Origin: Octopus sinensis
Lineage: Eukaryota
DNA length: 14,038 nucleotides
Direction of reading: 5' to 3'
Assembly (NCBI RefSeq): GCF_006345805.1
Contig: NW_021825934.1
Span: forward strand, 1-14,038
This document shows positions 8,526 to 14,038 of this stretch, piece by piece (within the stretch, counting starts at the first letter, position 1; each line of letters opens with the position of its first letter). The notes below the pieces were generated by a model. It saw only the letters and a list, made by a program, of their open reading frames with translations. It did not search any database and was not told where the DNA came from. The translations under genes and the position numbers were made by a program.

Positions 8526-9508
8526 GGTCAATAAATACTTGCCATTAAATTTTCAATCAACCAAATATGAACCATTTTGTTGCACAATGCATCTCCATTT
8601 TTCCTTTAACTTGAAAATACCCTCTTCCCAGAATTGAGGTGGTTTCATGGCAAAGAATTCATCAAGGTCATTAAAAACTTGACATTACATTTTTAATCAA
8701 CCAAATATGAACCATTTTGTTGCACAATGCGTCTCCATCTTTCCTTTAACTTGAAAATACCCTCTTCCCAGAATTGAGGTGTTTCATGGCAAAGAATTCA
8801 TCAAGGTCATTAAATACTTGACATTACATTTTCAATCAACCAAATATGAACCATTTTGTTGTACAATGCGTCTCCATCTTTCCTTTAACTTGAAAATACC
8901 CTCTTCCCAGAATTGAGGTGGTTTCATGGCAAAGAATTCATCAAGGTCAATAAATAATTGCCATTACATTTTTAATCAACCAAATATGAACCATTTTGTT
9001 GCACAATGCGTCTCCATCTTTCCTTTAACTTGAAAATACCCTCTTCCCAGAATTGAGGTTTGTTTCATGGCAAAGAATTCATCAAGGTCATTAAATACTT
9101 GACATTACATTTTCAATCAACCAAATATGAACCATTTTGTTGTACAATGCGTCTCCATCTTTCCTTTAACTTGAAAATACCCTCTTCCCAGAATTGAGGT
9201 GGTTTCATGGCAAAGAATTCATCAAGGTCAATAAATAATTGCCATTACATTTTTAATCAACCAAATACGAACCATTTTGTTGCACAATGCGTCTCCATCT
9301 TTCCTTTAACTTGAAAATACCCTCTTCCCAGAATTGAGGTTTGTTTCATGGCAAAGAATTCATCAAGGTCATTAAATACTTGACATTACATTTTCAATCA
9401 ACCAAATATGAACCATTTTGTTGTACAATGCGTCTCCATCTTTCCTTTAACTTGAAAATACCCCTTCCCAGAATTGAGGTGGTTTCATGGCAAAGAATTC
9501 ATCAAGGT
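8526..9508 (-). repeat. 7 x ~140-bp tandem array derived from the mariner transposase 3' end
   Basis: Units start (GGTCA) at 8526, 8666, 8805, 8945, 9086, 9226 and 9367. On the minus strand each encodes LDEFFAMKPPQFWEEGIFKLKERWRRIVQQNGSYLVD* (with variants) plus a short 3' flank. Confidence 0.95.
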
Positions 9509-9704
9509 ATCTTTTTACGTCATCCAAGGAATTGAAATTTTTACCATTAAGTCTATTCTGCAGAGACCTGAAAAAGTGGAAATCCGAAGGAGCAAAATCT
9601 GGGGAATATGGAGGGTGGGGGTAACACATCCCAGCCGAGCTGCAGCAATTTCTGTCTGGTTCCCAAAGCATCAAGTGCCGAAAATGAACTTTCTTATCTT
9701 CCAT
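9447..9704 (-). pseudogene. Deleted mariner transposase: N-terminal 15 aa fused to the YSPDLAP-containing C-terminus
   Basis: Deletion junction near 9659. The mariner signature appears as YSPDFAPSD. The HTH domain and first two catalytic Asp residues are missing. Confidence 0.9.
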
Positions 9705-10052
9705 TTTAAAGGGTTACAGAATTAACACAGGTTATAGGAACATCAACCTTCTTCCACGAAAAGATAGCTTAAACTGTGCTCTAAATAGGGGTGTGGTCAA
9801 ATCCTATTTCATGGACTCAAACATGTTCTAAAATAAGTCGAAATGTAAGCTACTATAAATTGGCACGAACTTTCTGGACAACCCAATATTTGTATGTATT
9901 ACAAGAAAGAGTAAGGTTTCTTAAACATTTTACATAGTTCAACCAACACAAGTAATGGGGGGGGGGGACAAAATGGGAATTTTGTGAGTAATATCTATAA
10001 AACTAGTTTTTATAACATCGCATGGCTGTGGGTTGGGGGACACCAGAATGAA

Positions 10053-10205
10053 ATAGGAACATAAACCTTCTTCCACGAAAAGATAGCTTAAACTGTGCTC
10101 TAAATGGAGGTGTAGTGAAATCCTATTTTATGGACTCAACCATGTTCTAAAATAAATCGAAAGGTAAGCTGCTATAAATCGGCACGAACTTTCCGGACAA
10201 ACCAA
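10053..10205 (-). mobile_element. Solo 5'-terminal fragment of a second mariner copy
   Basis: Diverged direct copy of 9734-9886 including the TIR (10176-10205) and flanking TA (10206-07). Confidence 0.88.
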
Positions 10206-10289
10206 TACAAGTCTAAGAAAAATGAAAAACAAATGGTTAGTTTTATCATCAATAATTCGTTTGTAATGTTTTCGGGTAAGTTGTTTCAG

Positions 10290-10571
10290 CAGGTTAAGGG
10301 CGTGTATAAGTCTCGAAAAAATTACAAAAATGGATTCCAGGTGAGAACGCGATCGATAAAGCCGTGGGAACGTGCATTTGTAAATTCGATTTTCATGGAA
10401 TAGGAAAAAAGTCTATTTTTATTTCTTCTTTTGCTGGTGTCTCAAATTTAGGTTAAATCAGTGCTTCTGAAAGGGGAGGCCTATGGGACGGTCGGACAAG
10501 TTTTTTTGAGAACATTTGGTTTAAATGTTTGACAACTCAGCACCATCCATTGGACGGGGGGCGTTTTGCTT
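10290..10571 (+). mobile_element. Partial Helitron-like non-autonomous element, copy 1
   Basis: 10302-10366 matches 10693-10756, and ~10384-10570 matches ~10944-11130. Ends in a CC(A)TCCATTGGACGG hairpin. Confidence 0.55.
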
Positions 10572-10574
10572 TTG

Positions 10575-11132
10575 TATATATATATATATTACATAAAATC
10601 CGTTCTGTCTGTCTGTGTGTCTTCTTGGATCTCGGTCATCCTCCATCAGATTGCGCTCAAATTTAATAAGTAGATACCGATGGTATCAGGTTGTGTATAA
10701 GTCTTGAAAAATTACAAAAATCGATTCCAGGTGAGAATGCGATCGATAAAGCCGTGTTTGTCCTGCTTTTCTTCCGTCAACCTCTACATAACTGCACCTT
10801 CCATTATTTGTTGTTTTGTACTGCTTAAAGGCACGTTTCTTTCCTGCTAAGCTTACTGTTTAAACCATGTTTGTGTTCTCCTAGTCAACAGCCTTATCAT
10901 TACTGGTACTTTAAACTCTTCAGTTGCATATTTGTGTGAATAAAATCGTTTTTCTTTGGAATAGAAAAAAGTCTATCTTTATTTCTTCTTTTGCTGGTGT
11001 CTCAAATTTAGGTTAAATCAGTGTTTCTCAAAGGGGAGGCCTATGGGACGGTCGGACAAGATGTTTTGAGAACATTTGGTTTAAATATTTGACAACTCAG
11101 CACCGTCCATTGGATGGGGGGCGTTTTGCTCG
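10575..11132 (+). mobile_element. Helitron-like non-autonomous element, copy 2
   Basis: 5' TATA..ATAAAATCC followed by (GTCT)n, the same layout as 13195-13717. 3' hairpin CGTCCATTGGATG, then GCTCG|T, read as a decayed CTAG|T. Confidence 0.6.
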
Positions 11133-11333
11133 TACATTATATTTCATATTATCTTTTAAGCAGTTACTTTTAAGCAGGTTTTATAATAACTGTTAATTAC
11201 AGGTATTATTTTATTAGTTCCGAATTTATAAGGATATTTTAGTATTATCCATTAAGGATACCGAATATTTAAGACTTATGTAGTGTTTTAATTATTAGCT
11301 TTTGGATTATGAAATAGTGTAATTCACTCAGAA

Positions 11334-11477
11334 TAACATTATTTACAATTGACGGATATTTATCCTCATCTTGTCTGTTGTTAACACAACGTTTCGCCTG
11401 ATATACTATCCAGCCTTCATCAGGTGTCATGGAGAAATTTCGAACCCGGGTTCTCATTCCTAAGGTATATTTCGACG
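11334..11477 (-). mobile_element. Hammerhead-bearing repeat module, copy 1 (no adjacent tRNA head)
   Basis: Reverse complement is homologous to 12411-12556. Preceded on its own strand by (AAT)n(AAC)n. Confidence 0.8.
11383..11428 (-). ncRNA. Minimal type-I hammerhead ribozyme motif (PLE-type)
   Basis: Minus strand: GACAC-CUGAUGA-A-GGCUG(10 nt)CAGGC-GAAAC-GUU-GUGUU. Core boxes intact, stem I GACAC/GUGUU, palindromic ACGU stem III, one G-G mismatch in stem II. Confidence 0.72.
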
Positions 11478-11498
11478 TTGTTGTTGTTGTTGTTGTTG

Positions 11499-11540
<42 letters not shown>

Positions 11541-11550
11541 TATTATTATT
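11477..11550. repeat. (GTT)n(ATT)n microsatellite
   Basis: Direct reading. Confidence 0.95.
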
Positions 11551-12091
11551 GAGTGAGAGAGCAGTTCATGCCATCAAAGTGACACTGGGGTAAAATATAC
11601 GAAGCCCAGTATACCCATCATGACTACCCGTCTGATAAGGGTACACCAGGCACATGAATCACAACCATATGTGATCTCATATCAAGATAAACAGCACATG
11701 ACCTTGCAGGTGGGGCCCAGTTAGAATTTTCTTCAGGTCGAGTAGCCCATCCCGCTCAAAAGGTCCCTGAATAAGGGTTGTTTAAGGATGTTGAAAGAAC
11801 CACCCATGTTTCCAGAGGTGAATTATTCAAACTCCAAAGAATCCCTCTCAACACATGGCTATGATGCTCCCCCACTACTTCTGCTCGTGATCAGAGATGC
11901 ACATATCGTCAGCCACTAAGGGACATGCTCAACTGGTTACGGTCAAACAACTGACAAGCAAATCTGTGGTATTGAGCAGAATATTTGCTGTAGCCCATCT
12001 TTTATACCAAGACAAAACAAAGTACATGATAACACTTCCAATCAGTTAAGATCAGAAGCCATGAGAGCCACTGCCTGGTACTGCATCAGGG

Positions 12092-12093
<2 letters not shown>
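11551..12093. mobile_element. ~545-bp probable interspersed repeat between two (ATT)n tracts (family unassigned)
   Basis: Compositionally distinct, higher-GC block sharply bounded by (ATT)n on both sides. Single copy in this window, so repeat status rests on my recollection only. Confidence 0.45.

Positions 12094-12157
<64 letters not shown>
12093..12157. repeat. (ATT)n microsatellite
   Basis: Direct reading. Confidence 0.95.
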
Positions 12158-12158
<1 letters not shown>

Positions 12159-12165
12159 CACCCGT

Positions 12166-12266
12166 GGGCATATGGCGTAGAGGTTAAGAGCACGGGCTAC
12201 TAACCCCAAGAGTCCGAGTTTGATTCTAAACAGTGACCTGAACACACAACAACAACAACAACAATG

Positions 12267-12337
<71 letters not shown>

Positions 12338-12360
12338 GATGAGGATGATGATGTTGATAA

Positions 12361-12410
<50 letters not shown>

Positions 12411-12585
12411 ATCGAAATATACCTTAGGAATGAGAACCCAGGTTCGAAATTTTCCCAAGACACCTGATGAAGGCTGGAGGGTATATCAGCCATAACGTTG
12501 TGTTAGCAACAAACAAGATGAGGACAAATAGCCGTCAAATGTAAATAATGTAAATAAGGTACATAATTCCTCATCTCTTGAATAT
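12166..12585 (+). mobile_element. Candidate composite SINE: tRNA-like head + (AAC)n(AAT)n linker + hammerhead module
   Basis: A box TGGCGTAGAGG 12173-12183, B-box-like GAGTTTGATTC 12216-12226, microsatellite 12241-12409, module 12411-12585. Confidence 0.6.
12459..12504 (+). ncRNA. Degenerate minimal hammerhead ribozyme motif, copy 2
   Basis: GACAC-CTGATGA-A-GGCTG(10 nt)CAGCC-ATAAC-GTT-GTGTT. Stem II is perfect, but GAAAC is mutated to ATAAC, so it is predicted inactive. Confidence 0.65.
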
Positions 12586-13194
12586 AACACCGGTTGCCAC
12601 GCGGTGGTGGGGGACCATCACATACACAAAAAAATGCATATACAAGGTGTCCCAATAAAATGTATACAAACTTCGAATACCTACAAAGGCAATATCTATT
12701 AGTATACACAGTTTTTTTTAAAGTAATATGATCAACAGACAACTAAAACGTATTTAAACACCCAAAAAATGTTTACTTAAATTTTATATGAAGCAGAATC
12801 AATTTTAATTCAATTTTTTAAAAGATTTTGCTTTTTTAAAGATTTTGAAATTGATCTCCATTCTGATCCAGACATTGTTGACTTTGGGAAGTAATGGAAT
12901 TACTAAGAACAAGAATAATTCCATTAGATATTTGAATGCATTCTTGTTCAATGGCATCTATCGAAACTTATAAATGATTCGATAGATGGTGACGCGCGTG
13001 GGTGGGTCTGACAGAAATTGTCTTTTATACTTCTTCGGACTTCGACTGTGTTTCTATTCTTCCAATATCATTTTAAGATGAATTTACTTTGTCCAAAGAA
13101 TAGATGCCGTCATCAATTCTTTGGTGTAAATCTGAGCTATCTACGAATAAATGTTTTTTTTTAAAAAAATGTATTTTTCTGAATCGCTAAAGTA

Positions 13195-13717
13195 TCTCTC
13201 TCTATATAAACGGCAGTTTGTTTGTCTGTGTGTCTGTGTGTCTGTCAGGTTGTACCCTCACCCTGACCACGGCTTTCAACCGATTCTGATGAAACTTGAC
13301 ACACACATAGCCCTATGTCATAATTCAAAACTAACGCAGCGAAAATTTTGAAAAGTTTCCCCAGTTCTGAAAAAAATTAATAAATTCGACATGGGGTCGA
13401 GAATCTAAGCTTTTTATTTGCAACACATTTTCTGTTGTAGTTTTCGCAACTTGCAATCGATTTTGACCAAACTCATGGTGAAGCTTAATGTTACCCTACG
13501 AAACTTAATTCTGACGTTAGTTTTCCATGCAATACCTTACCATCAGAAAAAATCGATAAAATCATGCCATTTTGGGAAATCGCGTTCAAATTCAAGATGA
13601 CATATTTTCGACAATATCTTTCACAAATTGGCAGGAATTTTTTAAAAATTCACAGCGAGCATCATGTCTGCTCCAGGGGCTCTTACATACCCGGGCAATG
13701 CCGGGCTATGTTGCTAG
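13195..13717 (+). mobile_element. Non-autonomous Helitron, apparently full length (523 bp)
   Basis: Inserted between A(13194) and T(13718). Starts TC, has a subterminal (GTCT/GT)n tract and a 3' hairpin CCCGG-GCAATG-CCGGG (13690-13705) ending 8 nt before the terminal CTAG (13714-13717). No TSD. Confidence 0.85.
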
Positions 13718-13999
13718 TTAACTCTAAACTGTGATGAATAATTTTTTTCTCGCACCTTATTATTATTATTATATGCTTGTATGCTTGTACAGATGAATTA
13801 TGTTCCATCTTGCGGGATGTTTATATGTATGTTCTATGATTAAAAGTTCGAATTATGAAATGATATGCGGATGGCCTTGTATTTGTTTGTTCAAGAACTT
13901 TAGTTTCATATTTTTGTCTCTTTCAATAGAACACTTCTACAGTAGTCCTATTAATCTTTTGGTTCCTGACAAGAAACAATCACTGTATTATTGATATTG

Positions 14000-14004
<5 letters not shown>

Positions 14005-14036
<32 letters not shown>
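14005..14036. repeat. (TA)n microsatellite
   Basis: Direct reading. Confidence 0.95.
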
Positions 14037-14037
<1 letters not shown>

Positions 14038-14038
14038 T

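Larger units (their letters stand above)
8480..9886 (-). mobile_element. Internally deleted mariner (Tc1/mariner) transposon
   Basis: ~30-bp TIRs TTGCGTTGTCTGGAAAGTTCGTGCCGATTT (8480-8509) and 9857-9886, each flanked by TA (8478-79, 9887-88). Minus-strand transposase remnants: MEDKKVHFRHLMLWE, TRQKLLQLGWDVLP, HPPYSPDFAPSDFHFFRSLQN, and GIFKLKERWRRIVQQNGSYLVD*. Confidence 0.93.

Noticed and set aside
6993-9508. CRISPR-like arrays (184-bp and 140-bp periodicities)
   Set aside because: Units are contiguous with no unique spacers, there are no cas genes, and the context is eukaryotic.
8480-9886. Autonomous mariner
   Set aside because: Most of the transposase is deleted and the remainder is frameshifted.
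13088-13140. Possible 53-nt minus-strand exon (AG...GT, SSDLHQRIDDGIYSLDK)
   Set aside because: Weak polypyrimidine tract, no recognisable protein match and no partner exons; needs RNA-seq.
13791-13824. Possible 34-nt plus-strand exon (ELCSILRDVY) between CAG and GTATGT
   Set aside because: Too short to distinguish from chance splice-like motifs.

Overview
Eukaryotic, almost entirely repeat-derived non-coding DNA. The mix of tRNA-headed SINEs and long (TA)n/(CA)n/(ATGT)n/(AAT)n tracts looks, from my recollection of such repeats, like a coleoid cephalopod (Octopus) genome; this is not verified. I find no intact host gene, and most ORFs in the track are microsatellite or SINE artefacts. Contents: (i) at least four tRNA-headed SINE types, including an inverted pair with duplicated heads; (ii) a GIY-YIG relic and a ~3.1 kb Penelope-like (PLE) reverse-transcriptase relic broken by nested insertions, several with readable target-site duplications (TSDs); (iii) an internally deleted mariner whose transposase 3' end has expanded into a 7 x ~140 bp satellite with a dimeric higher-order pattern; (iv) Helitron-like non-autonomous elements; (v) three (TA)n-flanked foldback modules that look like inverted PLE 3' ends. 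The best lead is a hidden PLE/hammerhead layer: two inverted copies of a minimal type-I hammerhead module (11383-11428 minus, 12459-12504 plus), one directly downstream of a tRNA-like Pol III head. This suggests a candidate hammerhead-bearing SINE mobilised by Penelope-like elements.
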